The notes below the pieces were generated by a model that was given only the letters and a program-made list of their open reading frames with translations, was not told the origin of the DNA and did no database searches. A stretch of 64,000 bases of DNA from Rotaria socialis (lineage: Eukaryota): NCBI GenBank assembly GCA_905331295.1, contig CAJNYD010000058.1, positions 186,001 through 250,000 of the forward strand, read 5' to 3'. Below are positions 14,299 to 29,300 of this stretch, piece by piece (position 1 is the stretch's first letter; every line of letters begins with the position of its first letter). The translations under genes were made by a program, and so were the position numbers.

Positions 14299-14312
14299 GT
14301 TGCTAAGAAAAC
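14299..14312. promoter_or_regulatory. Candidate RFX X-box upstream of the TTLL6-like gene
   Basis: GTTGCTAAGAAAAC resembles GTTNCC-N(0-3)-RGYAAC; ~1.8 kb upstream of a ciliary gene ATG. Confidence 0.35.
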
Positions 14313-16088
14313 CACGTTGAGTTACAAGTGAAGCAAGATGGTAATAGGCTATTTTGCTTTACATTGCTGGAATGTCAATCCATTTTTTAGATGTATGTAA
14401 ATGCAGTGATTAGGAAACTTTTAAAGTTTAATTTTTCTAGAAATCGATTTTGAAAAATAACTTTTTGCACAACGTTATGAAATGAAAATTGACGTCTCAT
14501 TTATTTCGTTGTATAGAGAAATACGAGATTGTTTGAAAAAGATACTCTATAGTATATTCGAGTGTTGACTAAGCAAACAATCTTCATAATTTTATAATTC
14601 ATTTCTTTTTTATGAACAATAATACAAGAAATGATGTGAACCTTTGAAATATTAACTTTCATCTCTCTCTCTCTCTCTTTTTTTTAACTTATTTTCTGTT
14701 CAAGTGAAAATGTTGTTTGATTAAATGACCATAGATTTTTTTTGTTCTTTCCTCTAGAAACCGTCAATCAATTTTAATTGAGAAGGAAGTTTTCTTTTTT
14801 TTCTCTTATATGAAACGAGCACATTTATCAAGTGTTCTTTTTCATATCAATCATTCTTTTTGTTGCGTCACAAAATGAACAAAAATACTGTGAAGATGAT
14901 GTAAGTGAGATGTTTCCTTCTCTTTGTTTTCATCTATGAAAAACAAAGAAGTTATCAGTTCATAATCTTCTGGATTCAAGAGTCAGAGCCGATTATTTTC
15001 GCTTCCTTCATTCTTTCTGTCTGTTACTTTTTCTTCATCGTGTTATTATTACTCTATACTTGAATGGCTGCGCGCATCGAGAATAGAGGTGTATTGTTGC
15101 AACAGAAAAAAAAAAGAATGTACTGCCATTATAAAAGTAACAACATAAAATTATTCGATAATTATGTTAACAAAATATTACTTATCTAGCTCTTACTTTG
15201 GAAATTTTCCAAAATTTAAAGTTGATTGAGATAGACCTATAGAGATCTTCACAACTAATGCTTATGAGAAATTTGTCATTCATTAAAGAGATGCATTTTT
15301 TGTTCTTCAAATTTCTAATAAATGTTTTCGGTCAAAGTCATTTCTAAGGAGTTCGATGGTGAATGATCACAACACTTAAAAACAAAATGAATATATTTTA
15401 TTCTTCATAGTTTCTCTAGAATATATGTAGCGAATGAAACCAGTACAAAATAACTAAGTACTGTGAAATATGCATAACCGATTTGATATCATCAAAATTT
15501 GATTTAATGAAATTATTTCTTATTTTACTATGTATACTCTCAATAGACTTTAAACTCGTAAGAAACATTATCTATTTGTTTATTTCGTTTATACTTATTT
15601 CCTTCGAAATGTCAGAGATAATTTACATTTTAGTCAACAGTGGTCAGATTTTCAAAAGAGGAGATTACGGAAAATTTGGAAATTTTGAACTTGATATCTC
15701 TGAAACTCTGTTATTACAATAGACACGAATGATTCACGTTGATTTTTTTATTCTTCTAGTATCATTATCGAGAAAGGCTTCGAAGAAAAAAATTAAATAA
15801 AATTTCTCAATATCTGAACAACTTCAAACATAACAACAATGTGTATATTGATTCTGGAATGCGATTTATTTTATTTTTATTTCGCAATTTGTTTTTTTTC
15901 TTTTTAATCGTATTTTTGAAGATCTTTTGTTAATATAATGGCTTTCGGTATTGAATCTCCAGCTTGTCTACTCAAGAAATTTCAATCATAAAGATTATCG
16001 AAAATAGTTCTTGGTAAATCTAAAAGTTAATTTTATTAAAAAAGATTTATTTCCTGCCACAGTCAACAATAACATATTCTAAAATCAA

Positions 16089-19000
16089 ATGGCAACATTA
16101 CGACGTCCAGGTAGAGTTTTTTCGAGTGAATCAAGTGGTGGAGTATCATCATCGGACGATGATGCACCATCAACAATAGTTGGCAAGTCGGCAACGAATA
16201 AACCAAGTGAATTATCATTAAAAGATGATGAAGATACTATTGAATATCAAGCACCGTTACCTGACTATTATGGTAAGACAGGCGTTTTTCTTCCATTATC
16301 TTTAAAAATCAAATTGCATGGTCGTTGCAATTTTTTTACAGAAGAGGCAGGCGAATCAGATGATGACCGACGATTATTACCGAGAGCCAACCAATCATCT
16401 GCATCAGGAACCATTGATGATGAACATGATAATAGAAAACAATTATCAACAAAGAAAAAACGAAAGAAGTTTGTTGAAAATAAAACTATTTTACTTAAGT
16501 TTATTTTTACATCTTGAAGAATTTATTATATATGTGTATCCATGTGCAAGTATGAATGTGTACGACGAGCAGCAAAACGACTAAATTTTCGTGAAGTAGC
16601 TGATGAAGATGATTGGAATGTCTATTGGACAGATACAAGTGTTGGTATTGAAAGAGTTGCACAAATGAAAAAATGGCAGGTTAGAATATATCTAATTTAG
16701 TCTCAATATTTAATAATCTATCTCATTATCCCACAATTGGTAATTTAATAGTTATTCAATGAGAATTTCGTACTTTCTATGATGAGGGGGTAGATCGGCA
16801 TTCAATGGAAAAAAAAACTTACTGAAAGAATTACAACAAATGACGTGCGGAATTTGAATCTAGAAGCTTAAAAATATTAATCAATACTTAATTTTCTTGA
16901 ATTCTGTAGATTTCACAATATACAAGACATTCTAATATGAGAGAGACCCGAAATAATATTCCGTTCCAGCCTACTGACAAATTTAGACATGATATCGATA
17001 TGGATGCTTGAAAGATAAAATATAGTTTCATTTCTTGGAATTAATTGATTCAAATATTTGACTTTTTTAAAATTTAAATAGAAAATAAATCATTTTCCTG
17101 GTATGAGTGAAATATGTCGAAAAGACTCTTTAACAAGAAATATGTGCCGTATGATGAAAATGTTTCCAAAAGAGTATTCTTTTTATCCAAAAGCTTGGTG
17201 TCTTCCAGCTGAGTATGAATTGTTTGTTTTTATTCCATCGTTTTATCTAATTTATTTTATTAAAAAATAATAGTTACAGCGATTTTGCTAAATACTTCAC
17301 GGAGAAAAAATATAAAACTTACATATCAAAACCAGACGTTGGGTGTCAAGGTCGGGGTATATTTATCACAAAAAATCCAACTAAAGATATCAAGCCGTAA
17401 GAAATTTAAAAACAAAGTTGACGTATGTTTTTAAAAAAGAAATTGTTTTTCAATTGTAGAACGGATAATTTTGTTGTACAAGTGTATGTGAATCGAGTAA
17501 GAATATTATTTTATTGACTTTTTGACAGTCATATCCGTGTTTTTTTTTGTTTTAGCCATTTTTACTTGATGGATTCAAATTTGACTTACGTGTTTATGTT
17601 GCTGTTACATCGTGTGACCCATTTCGAATATTCGTTTATAGAGATGGTCTTGCTCGTTTTACAACACAACAATATGAAGAACCATCAAATTCCAATTGTG
17701 TAAGAGAAAATTTCGTAGCCACAGTCAGGAGTTTTACATTGGCTAGGTGTTTACTTCATTTTGTTTTTAGCGTAGAAACATCTTGTTTCTGCTAAATATT
17801 ACTCTATCATCTCGAAAATATCAACATTTTCAGAGTTGCAAAAAACTTTGTTTTAATGAAAAATCTCTATGGGAACCTGTATTCTATGAATAAGCGGAGA
17901 CTTTTTTCCTAAGAAGATTAATCAATGGCACACCACTAGATGTCGATTTCAAATATAAAATTGGTCGTTGAGCGAAGTGTTTCTATGTCGAGAATAATGA
18001 GTTTTACCTTGAAAACCTGTAATATAAACTTAAAATGCTCATGCTGATTTGCATTAGCCCTGTAAAAGTATTAAGAATAAAGAGACATTCTATAGATACT
18101 TCATGATATTTTGGAGTTGTAGCAAATTTTTCAAGCTCATTATAGTGAACGTATTTTTCAATCAAATTTCTCAATTTTAAAGAATAACAACTTCTTTTTC
18201 TGAACTCCAAAACACGTAAAAGTCTGTTTCTTACAAATTAATAAATTGAAAAAGTACGGCTGCACATTCTATATTATTTTTTCGAGGCTTTTTTTCTTTA
18301 TATTTTTAACTTGCAGTAAAAAAAACTCTAATCCTTCCTAGCGTCATTCATCGGCTAGGTTTTTTATTGTTTTTCCGACTAATGATAACAAAAAGAACAA
18401 AGACTTTCATATTTTTTAAATAACTCGTATGTCAGAATATATGCTGCCCTGTTCAAGTCACATTTAAAATACACCCTCTTTTTTTCTGCAACTAATACCC
18501 AATGTGATGTCTTGGGTGACATGATTCTGTACCCTACTAAGAAAAAACTCGAATGAAAATAACGACAGAAAAATTGTCATCATAATAGTTATGTCGATAA
18601 ATAGAAAATAAATGCATGAATTATTATCTCATCGAGAAAAACGACATCTGAGTCGATTTTAACCATTATTCCAATAGATATTAAAAAAAAACTCTTTACT
18701 ATAAAGTATTAGAAAAACGATAATTCAAACAAATATCTCTTAAAATAAATTACTAATAATGATAGGCTTATTGACAAGCTAATGATCAATGCTGTTTCTC
18801 AAAATAAAATTTATTTTATTCGACAAAACTGCATGGAATATTAATTAGTTGGTTCTATAAAAAAAACTGATTGAATAGATCATAATATTTTGAAGTGAAA
18901 AATTACTCTACATAAACTTAAATTGTTTTTACCATATGAACGTTTAAATTCTAATTTAGCATACAACTTAAATACATAGTTATACTTTGATTTTTTATAG

Positions 19001-22000
19001 AAAGATATTTTTATGCATTTAACTAATTATGCTATTCAAAAACGTTCCGATGATTTTATCCGAGACGAAGATTCCGGGACGAAACGGTAAGAAAAAAAAA
19101 GATTTTTTCAAAAGCGATCAAAAGACAAATTCTCTTCTCCATTTTTGTTCTTCAGTCGAATAACAACAATTAATCGATGGTTAGTCGAACATGGTTATGA
19201 TATTAATAAATTATGGATGGATATTGATGATGTTGTTATAAAAGTTCTTATATCTGCACATTCAGTTCTCAAACATAATTATCGCGCCTGTTTTCCAAAT
19301 CATTATCGTGGTAGTGCTTGCTTTGAAATTCTGGGATTTGATATATTAATTGATCGAAAATTGAAACCCTATGTCCTTGAAGTAAAAATCTTTTCTAATT
19401 GACAAAAAAGAAACGAAAAAATTAAAACATACATAATTTCATTTTCCAGGTAAATCATTCTCCAAGTTTTACAACAGATTCAAAACTTGACCGAGAAATA
19501 AAAGATGCTCTTATATATGATACATTACTTTTATTAAATATGCCAGCAGCAGATAAACGTCGATTTATTGAAGAAGAAAAGAGACGTGCCAAAGAAAGAC
19601 TTTTTCAAAAAATTAATAAGAAAGATAATAAATATCGTGAAGAACAAGAAGATCTTGCTCAACAATGGCAAAAAGAAATTGAAAAATGGGAAGAGCAACA
19701 CATGGGAAATTATCGACGAATTTATCCAGGTCCTGATAGTGCACAAAAATACGATAGATTTTATACACAATCTGGAACACTCTATTCGGAGACAGCTGCT
19801 TCAAAAGCTCGACTTGAGCAAGCAAAGTAAATGATTTAAATATAAAAAGACAAATTAAAGACAAGAAGAAGAATCGTTGAATTTTCTATTTAATAGAGCA
19901 CAAATTGATGAACTACAAAGAAAACAAGATAAATTCAATGCAATTAAAAATCGAAAATCACTTTCCGGTACAGTTAATCAGAATTCAAGAGAAGTTCCTG
20001 GTGAAAGTCCAACACGACGACCCCTACCCATTGTTAAACCATCAAGAACTTCATCGTTCAATCGAACACCATTGAAACGTCTTACAGCCGTGAGTTCACG
20101 TTTTCTCATTGAGCCATTGCTTCTTTCTCCCCTATCTCTTGACTAATTTACTAATATGGAGAAAATTTATAGACATTGGCTTTTTCTCATCGACAGTCAA
20201 TGGTAAACCTATATCACCATACTTCGTTGCTATTCTTTTTCTTTGCCTACTGTATTTAATGTCCAAGAATCTAACTATTATTGAGAATAATAAAAATGAA
20301 ATTTATTTATCACATTTTTAGAATGCTAATTTAACTATTTCACCTGCTCAAACTTATGGAGAATCAATGAAACCGCTGGATATTGATGAAAATGAAGAAT
20401 TTGAACGAATGACATTATTTAAACAACGAGAAACACTCATTCGTGGAATGGGTAAGACAACAAAAAGGAAAAAAAATATTCTTATACTCTTTACTTAAAA
20501 CAGGCGTAATTGATATGTGTCATCGTTTGCTATTTGGTACACCAGGAACTATGGCCAATGTGCCCATGAACACTAATATGAATGCACCAGCCAACGTACA
20601 ACAACATATTGCAGTAATTAGATTTGAAGCAAATAAAAAATACTTTATGGATTCTTTGAAATCAAACGATCGTAAAAGTCAAACCTATATTTGAATAGTT
20701 GCCTCATACGGCATTAAAAGCTAATTCTTGACATTTAACTGAACGCATGATAATTCTTGACTACCTACAGCATACAATCACTGTAAGCTACTAGCGTCCG
20801 CAGTGTCACCGATGAAAAGTCAAAAAATCTTATTTGTTCGCTACTTTTTCTCTAAAAGTATATTCTGATGAAATTTTTTAATCTATTCTAAATTAAATAC
20901 ATGCTCATTTTTATATATGTATTATTGTATAGTCAAATGAGGTAGCGTAGAAAATCCTTTTTATCAAGTATGTTTTAAAATCGTAAACGTTGGTGATTGC
21001 TCGTGTAGGTGCTTGTTTACTTCAGAGCTATCGTAGATGTTTATATCTTTGATAAAATATTCAGATGAAATTAGTATATAATCCAATTTGAAATAACTCT
21101 TTAAATATATAGATTTGACATTTTTTGTTTGTTTGATTATGAGCATCACTCGCTCTAAATCATTTCACTGATTGATCGGATGATATATATGTAGTCGTTG
21201 TTTATAATTTCTTTTCTTTTAGGTACCTATTGATATTGCTGATTCATCACAAAACCTTTCTTTACTTCAATATGCTGCTTCAAAACTACCCCAAGGACAC
21301 GCTAATCGATATCCATCAAATAATGGAGTATCTTCACAAGTGTTTCAACAATATTTTAGTAATCAACAGCAACAAATGCAATCGAAACTTGAGACTCGAT
21401 CAACACGAAATGTACATATTTTTTTATGAAAACCATATAAATGCTCGTTTAATTTACACCTAAGATTAGAATTTTCTCATGTTTTTTCTTCATTCTAGGG
21501 AACAACACTTTCACAAAATAGTTCAAGAAACGGGCGTTATCAACAAGCACTACGTTTAACAGAAAATAATCTTCAATATAACAATACTACTAGTAATAGT
21601 AATAGCATCAATCGAATACTACTACCGACAAATCCTATGCCACAATTATCAACAAATTTATTACCTAAGACATCCATGACTGCAGCGAATTCAGCAATCG
21701 ATTCATCAATACGAACTAAAAGTGCAAATACAATGCCACGAACACGGACAGGTCTGTTGGGTTAAAAATCAAAGAAATGAATGTATTCCATTTAACTATC
21801 TACAACACATATTCGGACAATATTCCAACTTCTTCTATTGGACTTCACGTATTCTACACATAGATCATGCATGTATACACCAACTCTTCTTCTTCTTCTT
21901 CTTCTGATTTTCTGTTTATACTATACACCCATACACTTTACAATGATTCTATAAAAATTGGTAAGTATATTCGATTATATATATTTAATCGATCTTAACG

Positions 22001-22294
22001 ATATTTTTGTCTATTTAATAACGATATTTTTATTTTGTTCATTCAGGCGGTCTCTATTTGGTTTCCTGCGGTACTAATATCACTCGTCTTCCTATCAATG
22101 CTAATTCAAACGGTGGAAATGTTGCTTCAACAACAAAAGAAATAGCTGTTAACGGCTCATCCATATCAGCCAGTAATAAATTAGAGTCTCTATGCGATAT
22201 GGCATCACTTGAACAATTCAAACGGCTTCATTTAACTAAACTTTCATCTAATGATACTGTGTTATCATCAACATCTTCACCAACACCAAAATAA
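16089..22294 (+). CDS. TTLL6: Tubulin polyglutamylase, TTLL6/TTLL13 family, multi-exon
   Basis: Spliced CKYECVRRAA...WNVYWTDTSV...QKINHFPGMSEICRKD, YISKPDVGCQGRGI, GFKFDLRVYV, MHLTNYAIQK, CFEILGFDILID, LEVNHSPSFTTDSKLD are TTL-domain motifs of TTLL6; long low-complexity tail; last exon 22048-22294 inferred. Confidence 0.92.
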
Positions 22295-24743
22295 GATCGA
22301 TAAGAGGCTTTTTTTTTAATATAGCGCTTTCGTTTATTTTTGATTTTTTTCTGCAACTGTCCCACCCCGGTTTTTTGCGTCGTTCGTTCTTATAATTATT
22401 CCAAAATCATTTTCTTTTATGTTTTTAGCGTGCCTTGTAGACAGACGATGATGGTTTTTGTTTATTGGTTTGTTTGTTTGTTTGTTTTTTCGTATGTTTG
22501 TACGAAACATTTTTGTGAATGTGTGTGAAAATTGAGCGAGAGAATAATGAGCAAAACAAAATGACATCTGATTTTCGAGCATATAAGAAATGATTTCATA
22601 GATTTCGATTGCTTTTATTTTTGTTATCGAATTATAAAGCAAATACACATGCGTTCAGTTCAAAAAAAGAAAAATAATGAATACTAAATTACGTTTCTCT
22701 TCGGTTTAGATGAACTTGCAATCTGCTTAACATATGTACAAACGAAAGTAATTGAACAAAATTTTCTATTTTCAGTTTATTGAAAAAAAGAACTGATATT
22801 GAAATTAAAATGTTGCATTATTAAAGAATGACTATCATTCGATATCTCAATCGGATTCAAACAAATATTAAAGTCTCGTTTATTTGCTTTACACAATAGC
22901 GAGAAAAAAAAACGCATGCTTTAGAAAAAAAGAATCAATGCTCTTTTTTCTTTTCTTTCACCATGTTATTTAATATCATTTTTTATCATGTAAGATATTT
23001 TCTTTTATTTATCTTCGACATTCATTGATTATATAGAATGAAAATAAAATATTTTATTCGCTGTGCTTTAATACAGCGTTGATACAAGTAATAAAACAAT
23101 CTATCTTTAATATGAATAATTGGTAATCAAAGTAACATTTACATGTTCATATAATGTCATTACACTTATAAAATACAAAACAATGTTTGTAATTTATTTC
23201 ATCTAATGAGACAAATTTTCATGAATCAAAATCTTTCCATATGTGTAAATATGTGATTGTTTTTTTTTACATCAAAATAATACTCCTAATGATCCTAAGA
23301 GATATTGACTTTCTTGTCAACTATTTCCAATAGAATAAAGTTATCTACATCCTTTGTTTGAAAAAAAAACAGAAACACTAAAATTACTAATCGAAATTAT
23401 TCGTTGAAAATATTCAGTTTTTAAAGCTATGCATGTATTTATGAGTGAAACAATACAATCATAATGAGAATGCAGAACATTGTAAAAAATAATCTATTGA
23501 ATTTTTCTAACAACAAACAAAACAATTAATGACATAGTTACTAAACCTTTTGTTTTCTACAAAAATGGTGATCCCATCAAGTTTATGTATAACATTTAAA
23601 AATGATAACCATTGACAGAAATATGAATGCATATGAGATTTTTAGTATAGATTTGAATGTCTATCTACTTATGATTCAAACATTCGAATCGATCGTTATC
23701 GATTCAGTATGGAGACATCTATGATATCAGTCACTAATCAAAACCTAATGGATTAAAAACAGATAATATTCTCATAACATAAATATGACAACTGAAAAGT
23801 GTTGCAAAAGACGGCAGACTCATCACCAATGAGTCATTAGGCTTAGTAAAACAAAAGGTATGATTTCATCATACTGAATTTAATGCCTAAATAATTATTT
23901 TCTTAACGTTTTTAAGAAACGCTATCGTTACTCGTGTGTGACCTGCATTACACGCAAAAAAGATTGAAAGATCTATATGAAATTATCTCCTTTTCGTGTC
24001 ACTTTCGATTACATAGAATGTTGAATTAACAAAATTTATTTTCGCATTTTTATTCTGACTATTTCCATAAAATTATACGAGATAGTATAATTGTGGTATA
24101 AAAATAACTATTGATTTAGTTTGAATTTTAAATAAATAGTGTTCTAGAATATTAATTAATTTTGTGAAAAGAAAATTCATCTTCTAAATAAATCACTTTC
24201 GACATTTGTTTTTAAAAATTTATGTTTACACACTATCTATAAACGCTATAGATGGATTCGCTTTTAGTAATTGAAAACAAACGAATAGGAACGTCTGAAG
24301 TTCAAAATAAACAAAGAAAAAAGAAAATACAGATCAATATTGATGTACTTTTATTCTATTCATCACATAAATTCATATTCGTATTTCTATTTGTCTGTAG
24401 TTGTTTATTTTGAAAGTGGGACGAAAAAAAGAGAACATGATCAGTTATAGTAGTAGGAAACGACGACAACGATGACGAAACCAAACCTTTTAAGTTAAAT
24501 TGAGCAATATCATCCAGATAGTTAGAACAAAAGAAAAAAGAAAAAAAACAGAGAACAAACAGGATGAAACAACTGTACATGAAAAGAAAATCCAGGAAAG
24601 CACAAAAAAAAGGATATTTGGATGATAAGCAAAATGAAAAGAAAAAAGAAAAATACCCGCGTAACGCGAAAAAATAATAATAAATACAGCCGAGACAAAA
24701 GAAATATTAGAAATAGGATGGTTTTAATAGAAATATTTTTTTC

Positions 24744-25805
24744 TCACATGTGTCGGCCACGTTTTGGTTTTTGAAAATCCGATGAATTCGAACCAGTAAA
24801 TAAATCTGCTGAATGCCAATCACGTTTTCGAGCTAAATGATCAGCAACTTGTTGTCGAACAAAACTTTCGAGTTGTTGAGCTGTTGACGTTGGTGGTGAT
24901 GGTGATTGATGGCGATATGAATTTGAATGAACGTTACGATTAGCATTGTCTATGTCTAGAAAGAAAGCAAAAACGAAACAAAATGATAGCTCGACTTTTT
25001 TTTTTGTTCTTTACCATGCATGACAAGTGCTTGTCGAAATGTTTGTAAATCATCAACAACGGGTTGATTTTGACTTGTTGTTAATTCTGTAGTAGATTCT
25101 TGTCGACGTAAACTACTGCTATTTGTTGTGCCACTGTTCGTACTACCAATTTCGGTTGCTGCTAATGAACTGTTAGGATTATATGGTCGCGAAGCGAAAC
25201 GATATGGTGGTCGACCAATCAAATAATCATAAACTTCTTCAGTACGTATATGGCGTCGTTGTTTACGACGTGCCCAACATAGTAATTCTTTTGTTTTACG
25301 TTGTTCACCATTGATGATACCCAATTGAACGGTATCTTTTAATGCATCGAGACTTTCTATACATTGGGAAAATGAAAACAACGTATATATATATATATAT
25401 ATATTTATTAAGTATTCGTTTAAATCGATTGTTTACCTTTGTATAGCATCGTCACAGATCCCGCTGCTGCATGAAATGTATTCCAATTAGCTGTTCCATT
25501 GGAGCGTTCTAAATATTAAAAAGAAACATGATGCAACTAACTAAAGAATATAATTGATATTTCTACATACCACGAAACATTTTTGTTACAGCTTTTGCAG
25601 CATTCTGAAAGGCAATAAATAATTTTTGTGTGTATAAATCTTGTCCATTAATTAAACTTTCGTTAATCATCCGTTCCAATTCATGTTCATATTTCGATAA
25701 AGCGGTTTCTTCACTATCAATTACTGATGATAAATTTGCACCACTATTAATTCCAGGACGTTCCGGAGAATCACCAATATCGGTGGAATCACCAAAATTA
25801 GACAT
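24744..25805 (-). CDS. HAPSTR1: HAPSTR1 / C16orf72 (UPF0472) homologue, 4 exons
   Basis: QKLFIAFQNAAKAVTKMFR...WNTFHAAAGSVTMLYK ESLDA...KELLCWARRKQRRHIRTEEVYDYLIGRPP parallels the duplicated FQNxAxAVxxLYK motif of C16orf72; basic C-terminal KPKRGRHM; ATG 25805, stop 24744. Confidence 0.85.
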
Positions 25806-26336
25806 TAAGAATTTTTTATATCTGAATAAAATAAAATAAAGATATGAGTTAAATAATAAACAATCAAATAAATAGTAAAAATAAAAAAAAATAATAATGA
25901 TGATCAAATGTGATTTTTTTCCTGAATCCATTGTTTAACTGTCATATCGAATATTGGAGGTCGCTAGTAGAATGTTTATTTTTTTTTAAATTGATTTTCA
26001 AAAGTAAATCGATTTAAAAAATTATTATTATGATAAGGAAAAAGATTCGAAAAGAAAATGGAAATAGGTGGAAAGTTGTAAATAAATTGCTCAATCAATG
26101 TTTGATTGGCTAATTAGAAATGGAGATAAATGAAGAAATCCAAAGAATTGCGCAGCAAACGATTATCTTTCGTCTTTTTGATTTCTGACGAATTTTTCAT
26201 ATGTTTGTAAATGTTTATAAATGTTTTTATAGATTAAAAACCCGGTGTGCGTGTTAAATCTCTTTTTCTTTAAAGAAAAGTAGGTTTGGAAGTTTTCATT
26301 GATATTTTAAGTATTAGTTTTTCAGAAGAATATCGA
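25806..26336. promoter_or_regulatory. Putative bidirectional promoter between HAPSTR1 (-) and NAP1 (+)
   Basis: Divergent ATGs ~530 bp apart; ATTGG (CCAAT box, minus strand) near 26105. Confidence 0.5.
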
Positions 26337-29300
26337 ATGGATAAAAACGATAACGCTCAAGCACCAACCGGTGAATCACCAGCAGTCGGTGCTCAAACAT
26401 CAGCAGCGAGTGGCGCTGGTACACCTTCAGCAGCACTCGGAAATCCGGGTTTTCCTCAAAGTGCTCAACAAAGATTTGATTCCATGGGTGATGAAGCTGG
26501 ATCATTTCTTGTTGGAAGGTATGATGAAAAGAAAAAAAACAATATTTATATAGGCCAATACGTTTTTACTAATACATATATATATATATATGGTACTCAG
26601 AAAAAAATGGTATAATATGCTTAAAACTATTCAAATTAAGCCTGGGAAATTCTTCGTAATGTCACCTTATTCGCTCGTACAGCGAATTCAATTGTTTTAG
26701 TTTAATCACTATAAATTAGTAAAAATAAATTATTATAGTTTGGCTAAGTTTAGGCAGTCAGACTATTATTTTTTTTAATATACTCTGGAAAGCCTGTCGA
26801 TTCTCTGAGTACGCATAGAAAAGTTGCAGAATTTTAATGAATTCATGTTGTAAATATTTAATCGAATTGAGAATGTAATTTTTCTCATCGAAGCAGCATA
26901 ACACTATATTTTTCGCATTGAAATACTACATATTTGTAATATATTATTCCAATAAGATCCTCGTACATAACTGAACTACTATTTCAGGTTGATCAAGTCG
27001 AGAAATTGTACGATTCAACGAAGAAAAATTGATCAATGAGATAACGAGAGTCACACGACTTAAGTATTATGGAACATGTTCTTTTCTTTTGTCTATGACT
27101 GGTGGATCTCGTCTCATCGTATGTCGCGTATGGCGATGTAAAAACTAGATCTTAGAGGGAATGTTTGCCCTAACTGAAACAAAAGATTACAGTAAGCTGT
27201 TTTCTAGCTTTACATTAATATGCTTATCAATCAACTCATAATGAAAGCAGGATTGCTTAAATGAAAAATGCTAGTTATCAGTTACGTCAATTAAAAATCG
27301 AATATTAAAAAATCGCTGCAGATGTAATGCCAATAGATTAGAGGGCTGACAAAGATCCAGAAAAAGTCCACTTTACCTACAATCCTGTGAAAAGTCCTTC
27401 ACCCTCAACCTAAAGTCTCGCCATAGGATCTTACTAGTGGCGGTGCCGGTCCGCGGGACTTTGGGTAGAAAAAGTGCCATTTTCTCGGAACTTTGCAACT
27501 GCTGCTAGATAATGGTAGAATTTTTTCTATATCGAAATTAGCATGAGTCGCATGACAAATAGACATGATTTCAGGCATCTATAGTCATGAATATGCATGA
27601 TCATTTTTAGTATTTAGTAATTATTGTATGACTGAAATCAAAGGAAAATTTTCATAAAAGAACTTATACATCGATTTATCAAAATTTGCAATCTCACCCT
27701 TATGTATTGTCCCATCGGATGACGCTTGTTGCCTTTAATAATGTTATCAAAGCAAATAAAAATTCTCCATTCGAATGAGTTATTTTTTAATTTGCGATCA
27801 ATAAAAGTATCTTTTTTGTTTTGTAGTGAATGGTTTCCTATTGAATTAAATACACTGCTACCTATCCTATCATATTTTGCTCTTTATATTCCATGTAGAA
27901 CATATCTATAAAAATTCAAGCAGTTTATTACCATTCATTATTTCTATTTATAATGCCTAAACGAAGAAAACTGCAGAATTGATAGAATACAACATTGTTT
28001 CTTTTCTATTCCCATCGTAGTAGACGCGACAAAATGTCATAGAAATACTGATTAGAAATAAATATATATATATATATACATGAGTCTTTTTCTTGTTTGG
28101 GCAAGTGTGGGACTCTTCTATTACGCTATTATTACTAATATACTCTTGTGGTATTCTTCTTATTGTCGTTTTGATCAAATGTCAAATAACGATAGTTGCG
28201 ATGAAAATAGTTACCTATCCGATGAGCATCGTTCATCATCATCTCAGAAAGAATATGAAGACCATGAACAAAAGTACAATATAGATTTAATTTGTTTCTT
28301 TGTTTAATTTTGGTAGAATTCATTTTCAATATCAATAAATTGTTTGCTTTTTTTATTTAGTTTACCAGCAGAAGTTGTACGTCGGGTTAATGCGCTTCGA
28401 AATCTTCAAGTCGAGCATCATAAAATTGAAGCAAGCTTTTTTGAAGAAGTTCATGCACTTGAATGTCGATATTTAAGCAAATATCAACCATTTTATGAAA
28501 AAGTAGAAATCTTTTTATCATCATTATTTTATGTTAATATGTGATTGTTTTCCTATGTGAATTGATTAGCGCTTGAATGTTGTTAAAGGAATATATGAAC
28601 CAACAGACGCTGAAGCTAAATGTGCATTCGATGAAGATGAAGTATGAATATTTAGTTTTGAGATAAATTTTTGTTTTTTAAAACTATTATTGTTGATTTA
28701 TAGACTGATGAAGAAGCTAAAAAAGCAGCAGAAACTGCAGAAAAAACCGACGAACAGAAAAAAGAAGAAGGTATGATGATAATTTAATATTAATAATTCA
28801 TATAGATCGGTTTCGAATGTACAGTTTAATTGAAATGTAAATTCCAACTTAAATCTTCAATATTTATTTCTTATGTCCTTGAACATAGAGCGACGTCATT
28901 TAGTATGTGTTTGTCTGTGCTGTTTCTTTTTCGCATATCCTTTTATACTTTTTTTCTACAGATAAGATATCGTTTACAGTCATTATCTGGGATTTCGTGT
29001 GAAACATGATCTAAAATACATGATAAACTATACGACTAAACATTTAAGTCTATTCTTTCACAGATCACGACAGATGCTAGTTAAAATTTTATCGGTGACT
29101 ATGATCGACAGTTTTTTAATTTACCGTCATAGCTCACATGTCAATAACATCTCGTATTTTGTATTTTCCATAGATTGAATACACTCTTCGTTTAGATATT
29201 CGTCCCAAATTAGATAGAATATAACAATCGTCCTGTTGTTAGGAATAGTAACTAGATTCTATTCGTTATCTTTATTCCGCAGAGTTTGCTCTGGCACCCA

